A stretch of DNA of 63,998 bases, the filler included. It is 4 parts of 4 records of this genome, joined end to end, with 100 filler letters (N's around TTAATTAATTAA, not from the genome) between each part and the next. Parts side by side here need not be neighbours in the genome. Positions count along the whole stretch, not along the records: positions 21,476 to 47,600 come from SRR20825019_1852; positions 47,701 to 57,087 come from SRR20825019_1854; 2 more parts are not named here. One strand, given 5' to 3'. Positions 39,250 to 50,614 of the stretch are shown here, piece after piece. Position 1 is the stretch's first letter; every line of letters starts with the position of its first letter. The notes under the pieces were generated by a model. The model saw only the letters and a list, made by a program, of their open reading frames with translations. It made no database searches and was not told the origin of the DNA. The translations under genes and the position numbers were made by a program.

Positions 39250-42200
39250 TTACTTCTGCCGCCCCCACCTTCCAGCCGTATCATGAGACGGACTGCCCTT
39301 GTTAACGGATCCCATCCGGCGAAGGTGCAGCGACGGAAGATTCTCGCGGGATGAAAGCCTTCGTAACTTAGCGGGCTTGCTGGCCGTGGTACCGTGGAAC
39401 TCCTTGTTGAGCGCCAGGGCTGGAGGAATGAGTGGTTAGTGGACACGGCGCAGAGCCAAATGTCGAAGCATGCACCCACCCGCCGCAACCAAGTCGGGGC
39501 CGCCCGACGAGGCATCGTAGCTCATCGACTTCTTGTGGCCACTGTGTACAACATGTGAGTGAGACAAGCGCGCGTCCCGTCCGCCCGGCAGCCACGTACC
39601 CCCTGCGGGCTTTCATTCGGGACTCCTCAGGAGCGGGCGATGCCCCGCGGATGCCAGGTGCCGGCCGACGGCGGTCGGGGCTCGGGCTGGTGGAGCGCGG
39701 TGGCACCGGCTTGCCACTGTCGCTGGAGCGGCGGGTGGTATCACCAAGCTGCTTGACCTTCATCCGAGACATGCGCGGCTCATCCTTTTCCACCGTGCCC
39801 GCCGAAGCCTGCGGTGACTTGCCCACAGTGGTTTCCCGGGACACCCCTCCGTTCTTGGCGCGCTCAAGCCGCTCCTTCTTCCGCTGCTGGTGCTCCTCCC
39901 GCTTGCGCTGCCGCAGTAAGTCAGCCGCTATCCGTGTCACGGGCCAAGCGCCTTGATGTTACCTCCTTCTCCTGCCGCTCGCGCTCGTGCCTTTCCTTGC
40001 GCTCGCGGCGGCGCTTCTCCTTCTCTTCGTCCTCCTTGCCGCCCCCTAGCTCGGCAATCATCATCTTTTGCAGCTGCAAGGCGGCCACGTCCATCAGCCA
40101 CAGGCCAGCGGCCACACATCGGTCAACACAAACCTTCTTCTTCAGCTTGGCCGTGGTCTGGTCCTCCGACAAGCCGGCATTGTTCAGCGCCTGCAGCATC
40201 TCAAACTTCTTCTGCAGGGAGGCAAGCTTGGAGCCGCCGTCATCGTCCTCCTCGCCCTCCTGTGACGATCGCTCTTCCGAGTCGCCTTCGTCGTCCTTCT
40301 TCATGAGGGGGGCGGGGCGGTCCGCCTTGAGCTTCGTAAGGTTCATCTTGGTGACCTTCCACAGCGCCTGGCCTGACCGCTTCTCACTCGCCGTTGTCGA
40401 CGCGCTCTCGCTTCTGTCACGGCCCCCGTCGGCCTGGCCCTCATTGAGGCTATTCTTCTTGATGTGGTCGACGGCGTTGCCCAGCGAGTTCCGCATCTTG
40501 CTCCACAGGATCTTGCCCATCACACTAGAAGCGTCCGAGCTGACCACCGTGCCGTAAGACGCCTCGCCCACAACCACAATCCACTACGAAAATCTAACCT
40601 CTTCCGTGTGTCGTCCTCCTCGCCGCCGGGGCTGTCCCGGTTGCCGGCGGCGATAGGGACCGGGGACGAACGGCCATTAGTGGACAGAACCCGCATCGCG
40701 GTCAACGGCTGGAGCTCGTCGTCATCCTGGCAGGACAATCAGGTCATGTGCAGTCTGGCCCAGAAGCCCTCTCCTACTCACCTCGCCGGCTTGCGGCACA
40801 GGGGTCAGTTTGCCCCCGGAGCCGCTCAAGGAGCTAGTCAGGCGCTCCGTGCTCGACAGCCGCCGCATCTGCGGTCGGGTCAGCCACTATCGTTCCAGAA
40901 TTAGTCATGCACAGACCTTATTGCCGGAGGAGACCTCCGCCCCCTCCTGCTTGTCAATCTCGGCGTACATCTTGTCGAGGAGGGCCGCCTTCTTCTTGCC
41001 TGCGTCGCCCAACACGAATGAGTCCCGAATCGTGGCATCACACACAACCACGCAACCCCACCCTTGAACATGGCCTCCAGCTCCTCCAGCTGGGCGTGGA
41101 CATCCGGGTGCTGGCCGCCCAGAATCTCGGCCTTGTACCGCACCATCTTGCCGTACCATATTGCCGCCGAGTCAAGCCGATCATTCGTCTCATACAGCGA
41201 CGCAAGGTAGCCCACCGTGTCGATGTTGAGGTGGTGGTGCGCGCCGAGTGTTTTCATCTGTTGCGCAATTGTTAGCCGCGGGAGGCTGCGGGGCCGCGGG
41301 CGTTGGTACTCACAATGCCGCTTATCGCCGTCTTGAACTGCGACTCGGCCTCCTCGTAGCTGCCGTCGGCCGCGTTGCAGTAGGCAAGGTTGGCCAGGGT
41401 GAGGTTGTAGTCCGCGTGAGCTTTGCCTGCGCATGTCTCAGCGCCGGGGACTGTGCACGGGCCACAGTGGGGCAACTTACCGAGGAAGTTTTCCTGGTGC
41501 TGGAGCGACTGCTCCACGGTGATGATGGCCTCGCTAACCTCGCCCTTGGACCGGTGGAACTCACCGAGGGCATTCAAGGCCTTGAAATACTCAAACACCC
41601 CGCCAGACGGCGACCTGCACAATGATCGTCAGACGATAGAGCAACTTCACACAAGCCGGCTTGCCTTTGAATGGTCTCCAGGGCGTTCTGGAAGGTGTTG
41701 AGGGCCTTATTGTGGTCCTCCATCACGGCCTGTGTCTGTCCCAACAGCAGCATCGCCCTGGTATAGTAGTAATGCCCCGACCCCACGGTCTCTTCAAACA
41801 CCTCCAGGGCGGAGGTGTACGACGACACGGCATAGCTGTACAATCTAGCAAGAAGGGGAGTTCAGCACCAGGGGGGAGGTCACCCCGCACGCCTCGCCCA
41901 CCTTCCCGTGGCAAAGTGCATCTTGCCCGTGGCCATCAACGCCAGTCCGTACGCCGGGTGCCTGCACCCCACCGTCAGAACACACCCACCGACCCAGGAC
42001 AATGCGACCCCACTTCTCTCCAAAGAGCGAGTAGGCGATGTTGGAAACGTTCTGCAAGGCCACGTTGGCGTCGTCAAACTTGGCCAGGTCCTGCAGGACC
42101 TCCGCCTTGAGCATCAGCAGCTCCGCGTGCTCCCAAGAGTACTGTTGGGGCCCGTCAGATGCAGGAGGCATTAGCACTGGAGGGCGGCGCTCACCTGTTG

Positions 42201-45200
42201 CCTCCGGTGGATGTCAAAGTCGGTGATGAAATCTAGGAACTCCAGCGCCTCCTCGTGGGTGTAACGGTTCGTGGCCAGTAGCCGCGCAAACTTCCGCAGG
42301 ATGCGCATGTATTTCTGGAGGGGGGTGATTGAGCAAGGCCATACACGGCTGGGCGATGAGGAGGTGACATCATACCATGGGCGCGGTGTCCACGGACACA
42401 TTGGCAGGCCGGACGGCGGCGTCGATCTTACGGAAGGTCTTAACGGCGGCCTCGTACTGCACGTTGCGATTGAGGGCCATTGCATACACCTCAAGGACGG
42501 CGGATGCGGTGTCGAGGTTCCCCGCGATGAGGTTGTCGACCGAGCGCTCCCACTGGACCTTCGAATGCGAGTCCTTCCTGCAACACAATCCGGTCAAATA
42601 CCAATACAAACACCATGGGAAATGCCGGTGTAACGGGGCGGTTGGCACACTTACGGGCACACGATGTTCTCGCACCACAAGATCGCAGCACGACCAGATT
42701 CGGGGCTGCCGTTGGAGTTAGGGCGGGCGCAAGACTGCGATGACAAAAGGGCGGGACTTGGCCTACCTGAAGCGCTCCAGCATGAGGAGACGGGCAACCA
42801 TGATGAATGAGTCGAGGTGGAGGTGGCCGCGGGCCGCGGAGAGGGCGGTCTTGGCGTTCTTGATCTTGTCGTCGAAGAGCGAATGGTTTGCCGTCGACAC
42901 CTTGCTGCACATCAGCAGCATTTCGGATATGATCTCGTGCGGGGTGCCCTTCATCGAGTCATAGTCGCCCTTCAGGGTTTCAGAGTACTTCTTCTTACGA
43001 CCTGCATGCACAGCCACCGTCAGTGAGAGAAACACCAGGCCGCCACGGCGGCACCCACCCTCGTCATCATCCACGTGCTCGTCAGTCAGCGCCCCAGGCA
43101 CCAGCGCCACCTCGTGCACACGCGTGATGTATCGCCCATACACCATCTTGGAGATTGCGTCGGCGCGGTTGTAGATGAAGTCCTTACTCTGGAGCATGAT
43201 CACGGTGTCACGGAACACATTGCGGTCCACCGCACAGCTCATCTGTTCGTAATCAGACCATTCAGACATCCGAATGCCGCCCTGCCCACTCGCGCACTTA
43301 CCACCCTGACCACGTTCTCGTGTCGGTCCTCCGTGAAGATTTCGATGTTTCGCTCTATGAAACTACGAAGACCTGCGGACGAATGCGCCGCTTCGGTCAG
43401 TCCCGAGGCCATGTGGACGCCACAGAATATTTCCTGGAAGGACCGGTGGGAGAACCGGTAGTAGTCATCATCGTCATCATCGTCCACGCCGACCGGCCGA
43501 CCAAGCACCTGGACAACACACTGAATACGACGCCTGCGGGCGTTCTCCACACTTTTCTTACCGGGACCATGAGAGGGAGGCGGTTGCGTTCTATCAACGA
43601 GACGACGTCCGACAGTGTGATGTTTGCATCGCCATCGTGGAGTACACCCTCCACGCCAATCAACGATGTGTTGCTCCGCTCCGCCTTGTACTGCATAAAC
43701 TCGAACTGGCACACGTATTGCTGTGATGGGAACGCGGGTCAGTAAACATCACTGTAGGCACGGACAGGGACAGTACCGTGGCGTCGACCTGCTTTGCATG
43801 GGCCACCTTGGTAAGCAGCTCAAGGGACTTGTTTGCGATCTCCTCCGCCCTGACACACTGCATTAATATCCCCAACCCGAGCACGGCCCGCACGACCAGC
43901 CCACCTCTCATAATTGACGTCCTCGCTCATCGGGGTGCCGGGGGTGCTAGCAGAGGATGGATTCCGCGACTTGGAGGGTTTCGCGGGCAAGGAATCGGCC
44001 AGCTTTTTGTTCACATCCGTTAGTGTCTGCGAGGTAGTGCGCTCGTTTGCCCCAGGGCTGCCGAGTGATGAAATATTCCCGGTGCCAATCGGAACGCTCC
44101 TCCTCCGTCCAGATGCTACACCACGCAGGGACATCAGCGCAGTCACAATCCCCCGAGTGGCCGCCCCAACCGTACCTTTCTGCTGTTCTTTCAGGGCCGT
44201 GGTGAGAGCAAGTTTCATCACGGCAAGAAGTGCCTCGAAGCGCGACGGCGGAATGTTCTTCACAATCTTCTCCCACTCCCCTGAGGACACCTTGTACACA
44301 TAGAACTAGGGCACACAGACAGTCAGCACCAGCGCCCCCCGAGGCAACACCGTCAATACCAGAAGGTTCGCCATCAGTGGTGACTCCGCCAGCGACATGA
44401 GGGCGTAGTGCGACCCCACGGACGCCTCCCACGAGGCGTACTCCGACTGGGCAACATTGCTGCCGATCTGTCCGCGACGGTCAGCCCTCGCTTTCGCTCT
44501 CTTTCTCAATCGCCTCACCTCTGCAAGAAACATTCGCTCGTCCGCCGCGAGCTCCTGAATCCGCACGCCATAAAACCACTTGAGCCTGATCATGAGGTCG
44601 CTCGGGACCTTGCGCCCCTTGTCGATGCCGCCCTCGGCAGAGATCAGATCACGCACTATCGTGCCATTACCCGCACACATCAGTCGCGCCGCCAGTCCCA
44701 CGTCACCGCTGCACAGCAGAACCCCCGTGCTTCCAGTGTGCCCCGGAGAGAACTCCATGCTGCAAATACGGTCGTGAGCGGTGGAACAACAACAAGAAGT
44801 AAGATTGAATACGTACCAGTGCAGCATCTGGATGACGTTGCTGCGGTCATTTCTTCCGAGGCGGTCAAAGTCGTCCAACATGTAGATCACCCGCCCCTGG
44901 TCCGCGCACCACTCGTACAGCTCCTGCTCCCACTCTCCCCACTTCTGAGTGGCCTTCATGGACCTACGGAGAGCGCTGTGGTCCCAGAGGCCGTCCAGCG
45001 CATCGACAAGGTTGGGCAAGGATATGTAGACGGGGAGCATGGAGTTGCCAAAGGTGACGGCCTGTTCAGACGAATCCATGAGGCTGATGTCATAGCCCAT
45101 GCACATGAGGTTGACCAGCTGGTACATCAGCACTGTCTTGCCCATGTGGGACTCCCCGGTCAGCACCACCCCGTTCAGACGATGGCGCCGCTCGGAGTAG

Positions 45201-47560
45201 TGGCCCACAGATATGGACCCCACCAGGATGGAGAGGATGGTCTCGGACGCCGAGTGAGAGTTGAGACCGACCTGGGCGAGTGACACTGGTGAGACCCAAG
45301 ACCCGACCGGACACACGCACGCCGCTCACCTCTCGGGAGATGTCTGGCGCAAAGGGCTTGGTGATGGTACACTGCCGGTTCATCACACAGTCCGCGAGCA
45401 CGTCCATGCCCACGCCAGTGATGGGGTTGATCACTGCGCCCATGCGGCGCTTGATGTCGCGGAAGTACACGTGGTAAAGAATCCAGAAGCGGGTGCTGTC
45501 CATCGTTCCGCGGCCAATGTTGCGGTAGATCTCGTCCCCGTTGAGCGCCGAGGTCTGCGACCGCTCTGCACAAGGAAGTTAGCACCGCGGGCCCTCTCAC
45601 CCGGGGTGCAAGCGCGTACCTCTTGGCTTCTGGGAGCCTGACATCAGCGTGGAGAGATTCTGGACGCAGTTGGAGGAGGCTATAGCAAGCATCTCTTGCT
45701 TGAATATGTTCAGCTCCCCAGGCCCGGGAGTGCTGCCCTCGGCCATGTGCCTGCACAGCGCGTTAGCGGCGCGGAGGTCATTTCCTATTAGCAGGGCTCA
45801 CCTCAAGAGGCCTATGAGCGCAATGGCGGACAATTGAGTCTTGAGATTGTAGCTCATCATCTTCTTTTGCGAGGTGGCCTTCCAGCAGATGAAATAGCTG
45901 TTCATGTACTGCCGGAGCTGCTTGAGGATGGGCCACAAGCCGCGGAAGGACGAGTTCCGCGCAAGGACGATGTCGATGTCACGCTGCAGCACCGTGCATT
46001 GGAGATCGTCTCCGCACTCCTGGCCGTAGAGGCAGTTCATCACGAACGTGGCCACGCCGGCATCGGGCTTGTTCTTGACGTCCGCGTAGTTGATCAGCAG
46101 CTGCAGCTCCATCATGATCAGATCTGCGGGTGCCAGTCAGCCCCCCCATCGCCAATCAGGCACTGACACAATACCATTGAGAAGATGCTCTTTCCGATCC
46201 GTGTAGCCGTATGACGTGAACCACAGGTAGTGATGGATATCCAGGAAGATGGTGGGGGGCCTCAGCTCGCCATAGGCCAGGGTCATCGGCACGAGCCACG
46301 CCGCACAAATGAGCATATGGCCTGGGACGTCCAGGATCTTGTTCAGACACGTCTTGAACCGCAAGGACGTGTCCGTCTCAAACCTACAGCGCAGTCAGCG
46401 GCGGCAAAGCGAGCGCACGCGGCGGGAGGGAGGGATGGTGGCTCACTTGTCGAGCATGGAGGTAACATTATCCACCCGCTCCTCGGACCAGCTTGCCCAG
46501 CCCAGCTTGCGTCCGTCGCCCTCCATGAGCAGCAGTTGTATATTGTCGCGGATCTGTTGCCAGATCTTGACCCGGTCACTGTGGCACGGCAGCGAAGCCT
46601 CCTTAAGCACCTGTATCCGGGTATCAGACGCGGGCCATCCACACCGCCGCCCACTCACGTTGCCAAAGATCTCGTCGATGATACGGTACACAGACACCTG
46701 TACGGGAAGGAGGTCGAGGGCATTCCGGCGCTTGGTGGTTCCCTTCTCGTCAGTCGCAGTGTTCGGGTCCTCTGCAGCCACCTGCTCCAGTGTCGCCAAC
46801 ACCACGCGGTGCATCGACACCACACGGAACTTGGCCGCGTACTCGTCGACAGTCCAACCCCCTGTCCGCATCCTTTAGCAACACACGCCACGCCGCGCAC
46901 ACACAGTAACAGTACGCACCGCGTTGAAACGCCAGCGCCATGACCGAATACTTCTCGTCATCACTGGTGGCCAGGGTCACCACCTCCGGGACGACACGCT
47001 GGAGGCCCTTCACCCTGGTCATCGACTTGTACTTCTTGAGGACCTCGTCGATGTTCTCACGGGTGGAGATCTCCATGAGGTACACGCTGCTAGGCTTGGC
47101 AGTCGCCTTCTCCTTGCCGAAAAATAACGTCAGCTGGGCCTCAGCCTCCTGCGGCACGGGCTGTGGTTAGCAATGGACACCTGTCCGCGGGCAAGGACGC
47201 GTGATATCATGAACCAACCGCAAGTCAAACCCATCCAACAGGCCAAGCCCGGACTACAGCACGTCACCCACCCGGTTGATCACACGGCCCTTGAACGAGG
47301 TGGGCCGCATGCGAATATCACTGATGTGCAACTTCTCGGCAAGCTTCGAGATTGCCGATCTGATGCCCCTGAGCATCTCCGACGAGCGGTCGGGCGGTGC
47401 TGCCATCTTGCCCGGGGAGAGGGTGCCGGAATGAGAGACCATCTGCATGTCGCACCACTCCCGCACCGTCTTCCAGCCGGATCCGATAGTCTCCGGTGTG
47501 ATGATGTTCACCGGCTCGGACCGGTCCTCCTCGACTACACAGAAACCGTCGGTTTGCATA
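39250..47560 (-). CDS. NACHT-type STAND NTPase with C-terminal TPR repeats and degenerate kinase-like N-terminal region; many exons; 5'-partial
   Basis: Walker A VVLTGESHMGKT (~45134-45166), Walker B VIYMLDDFD (~44865-44890), SPLMANLL, winged-helix YRFSHRSFQEIF (~43425-43461), kinesin-light-chain-type TPRs (FGEKHPAY, VGSGHYYYTRAMLLLG, LGAHHHLN, LGGQHPDV), charged low-complexity tail; ~50-65 nt introns. Confidence 0.75.
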
Positions 47561-47600
47561 ACGGATTCCCCCGGGGGGGGGGAGGGGGGGGGGGGGGGCG

Positions 47601-47700
47601 NNNNNNNNNNNNNNNNNNNNNNNNNNNNNNNNNNNNNNNNNNNNTTAATTAATTAANNNNNNNNNNNNNNNNNNNNNNNNNNNNNNNNNNNNNNNNNNNN
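47601..47700. other. Artificial contig spacer
   Basis: N44-TTAATTAATTAA-N44. Confidence 0.98.
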
Positions 47701-47702
47701 CC

Positions 47703-48455
47703 CTCGATGCCGAGCGTGAGCAGAGGGAAGGTAATTCTGATCGGTTATTGCGGATGAATGCGTGGGCGATGTGGAGGTTTGCAGTATCATCATCAAAGTG
47801 GAGGGTTGCAAGGATGTCCCTGGATTCGACAATCGCCTCACTCAGGAGGTCGTTGTTGGAGGCGGAGGATGATGTTGCGTCGGGGAAAGATGCGGTTATC
47901 GTGAGCCTCCAGCGACGGGTTGATACATACTGCGATGAACATAAAAGTCTCTGGAGTGTGATCGAAAGCGTGACCGACGCACGCAACGAAGGGGAAGTGG
48001 AGGTAGTTAGTCTCGAAGAAGCGAGGAGCCGTAGCCGCGTCGAGCGAGACTACTGGGCGGGCATTCCTGTGTTGAATATGCCACCTGTGGACCCTTGCCG
48101 TATTCTTCGATGTGTGTTCAATAAGTGGAGGAATTTAGTTTATGTTCGAAGTATTGAAGATGTGTCAATGATGAGGGAGCGTATCCGCGAGCTGGAGTCT
48201 GTCATAGCACATGCTCTTGAGGTTGAGCGAGGTGTGATGGGGGATGAGATTCGACAGGACGTAGAGGCTGATGTTTGTGAGCGGATGCTAAAATACTCTC
48301 GGAAAGTAACCACCTACCACCACAATCTAGGAGATAGGGAAGGCTCCCCCGAGGAGAGGATGAGTAATGTGGTTGTATCTGTCGATGAGCTCGAGGAGAT
48401 GATGAGTAAGGCGCGAGCAGATTTTGCTATTTTATCGAGCGAAGCAGAGTTTTAG
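47703..48455 (+). CDS. Hypothetical coiled-coil protein, 5'-partial
   Basis: Frame is open from the contig start through ORF 47748-48455; E/R-rich helical composition. Confidence 0.6.
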   Translation, partial: LDAEREQREGNSDRLLRMNAWAMWRFAVSSSKWRVARMSLDSTIASLRRSLLEAEDDVASGKDAVIVSLQRRVDTYCDEHKSLWSVIESVTDARNEGEVEVVSLEEARSRSRVERDYWAGIPVLNMPPVDPCRILRCVFNKWRNLVYVRSIEDVSMMRERIRELESVIAHALEVERGVMGDEIRQDVEADVCERMLKYSRKVTTYHHNLGDREGSPEERMSNVVVSVDELEEMMSKARADFAILSSEAEF

Positions 48456-48555
48456 ACTGTATATTGTATGCCTTTTCCTTATCTCGCGTTAGTCCATTTT
48501 GCTCATGAATGTGCTGGTATATGCATACACTTGTAGTTTTCCACCCTTGATAGAT

Positions 48556-49416
48556 ATGAATACCAAAGACGTGCTTACAGTTGTGCTGGACGGCCTCGTG
48601 GCCTCTTCGATTGAGGTGGTTGACCTAACAGGTTCAAAGGTCCGCTGTTACGATGACGGGGACATCGCCGAGATTGCGACCGCGATGCAGGGAAATACGT
48701 CTATGACCAGGCTGGATTTGTCATTAAACTCCATGTCAGACGAGGGGGCTGGTGTTCTCAGCGATGCCCTTAAAGTATTTACCGGACCGCTGAGGGATCT
48801 TGAGGTGGACAGTAACAGGATTACATCCATCGGGCTGTTAAAGCTGCTCAACTCACTCCCCTCCTCCCTGCGGAGGCTAGACGTGTCAGGTAACAAGCTT
48901 GCTGCAGATGGCATTGGTATGGCTATTACAACTGCTTTGAGGGGAAGTGCACTTCAAAGCCTCATCATCCGCGATGTAGGCTTGTGCAATGAGGACCTAA
49001 TTGCCTTCTGTGAGTGGATTTCCGATCCCTCCTGTACCCTCACTTCGCTGGAGATAAGTGGGAATGAATTCACCGATGATGTTATCGAGTCTCTACGTCG
49101 CTCACTGGAGCTGAACTCAACCATGCGTAACTTGAATGTGAGCAATTGCCGCTTTTTTGACATTTCCCCGTTGATCTCGGAGAAGTTTCTTAGCAACACA
49201 GGCCTATCCACTTTCGTTGGCAGCACCAACGGTCGCCGCTTCATGACCCCTGAGCTGGAGCAAGCATTGAAGAACAACAAGCGATTGTATGCACCTGATT
49301 CTACAAGCCCACTACTCCAACTAAAGGCAGAACATGCTCTAGCCCTACGTCTGCAGCGTGTTGGCTATGAACGTCGTATCGCGGCTCTCGAAAAGGAGCT
49401 TGCTGCCAAGTCGTAG
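48556..49416 (+). CDS. Leucine-rich repeat protein (RNI-like)
   Basis: LDLSLNSMSDEGAGVL, LEVDSNRITSIG, LDVSGNKL, LEISGNEF; ATG 48556 follows a pyrimidine tract and AG. Confidence 0.8.
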   Translation: MNTKDVLTVVLDGLVASSIEVVDLTGSKVRCYDDGDIAEIATAMQGNTSMTRLDLSLNSMSDEGAGVLSDALKVFTGPLRDLEVDSNRITSIGLLKLLNSLPSSLRRLDVSGNKLAADGIGMAITTALRGSALQSLIIRDVGLCNEDLIAFCEWISDPSCTLTSLEISGNEFTDDVIESLRRSLELNSTMRNLNVSNCRFFDISPLISEKFLSNTGLSTFVGSTNGRRFMTPELEQALKNNKRLYAPDSTSPLLQLKAEHALALRLQRVGYERRIAALEKELAAKS

Positions 49417-49534
49417 TCCAGCAATTTATGATCACCTGTCAATGTACAACTTTCACTTTACATTTTCTTTAGTGTTTCGAGTTCTAGTTTGATGTTGCAA
49501 TGTATTCTGTTTTCCTCTTTTTCACAAAGTCAAA

Positions 49535-50500
49535 ATGCTGAAGGAAACCAAGCCACTTTCGTTGAAGACAGGTGTTAGTACTCGTGTGTCGATTTCCGAT
49601 CGACTTAGCCCTGCCCAGACCGATGCAAAGTCGAATAAGTGGTCTATGAAGCGGGGAGTCGACCAAACTGTATACAGTGAAACCTCCAACGCTTTTGTGT
49701 CATCGGCAGCTGATGTGCCTGCGCGAAGGAAGGAGCCACGTTTGGCGATGACCAATGATGGCGAGACCAAGCTTTTCGCCTCGACCACTGGTCAGGCTAA
49801 CGCCGACTCCTATGTGATTGGTGGTCGTGACACGTCCTTCTTCAGCCGTGCCAGGCGTGCTGAGCAACTAGATGACTCGACGCGTCACACCCTCGATACC
49901 ATCCCCACCCGGTCAGGAGCCTCCCACAATCAGCGTACCGTTGACATCATGCGTAAGCGTGAGGAGAACGCTGAGCTGAAGCCCCCCAAAGAGACCTACT
50001 CCATCCCCACCCGTCGCCCCCTAAACGGCGAGCCCCCTAGGACTGCCCTGGAGAGTGTTCGCTTCACATACACTGTTCCGGATTCAAGCCAGCAAATCGA
50101 TTTCAAGCAGCCCAACACCCTGATCCCTACCCAACTGGGTCAGAAGATGAATATCCAGAGGCGTGCCTTGTCTGAGACGGCTTCCGCTCGGGATTTGTTC
50201 CCGGGCACAGCCAAAAGCCGTGCTGACATCCTTCCCGGATACCTAGCCCATGTACCCGCCGACGAGTCTAACATGGCCAAGCTCCACGGGGAGACCGACG
50301 TGCTCAGGGCCTACACCAAGGCCGGGGCTTCTGTTTCGGGAACATCTTCCTTGGCTAAGCTGGCAAGGATAACTGGCCGCAGTCCCTCTGATAAGGTGAA
50401 GACGAGCCAAGGATTCTACTTGGAGCAGGCCGCTTCGGCTGGACAGGAGAAGGGCCTGAACAAGGTGAAGTTTGGCAAGAAGACAGCCGAATTGAACTAA
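49535..50500 (+). CDS. Hypothetical protein, possibly axonemal (PGY motif)
   Basis: 321-aa intronless ORF; LPGYLAHVP resembles PGY motifs of microtubule inner proteins (inference). Confidence 0.65.
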   Translation: MLKETKPLSLKTGVSTRVSISDRLSPAQTDAKSNKWSMKRGVDQTVYSETSNAFVSSAADVPARRKEPRLAMTNDGETKLFASTTGQANADSYVIGGRDTSFFSRARRAEQLDDSTRHTLDTIPTRSGASHNQRTVDIMRKREENAELKPPKETYSIPTRRPLNGEPPRTALESVRFTYTVPDSSQQIDFKQPNTLIPTQLGQKMNIQRRALSETASARDLFPGTAKSRADILPGYLAHVPADESNMAKLHGETDVLRAYTKAGASVSGTSSLAKLARITGRSPSDKVKTSQGFYLEQAASAGQEKGLNKVKFGKKTAELN

Positions 50501-50614
50501 CCCTATGTGTATTAACTTCATGTACGTTTTACATTCTTTGTACCTGTATTGTCATGTATTGCTTGATGAGAGTGATATGGACTTAAATATTTATTTTTGA
50601 TAGTGTTTGCTGAT

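Noticed and set aside
47573-47600. G-rich tract as a G-quadruplex element
   Set aside because: Lies at a contig end; cannot be distinguished from a sequencing or assembly artefact
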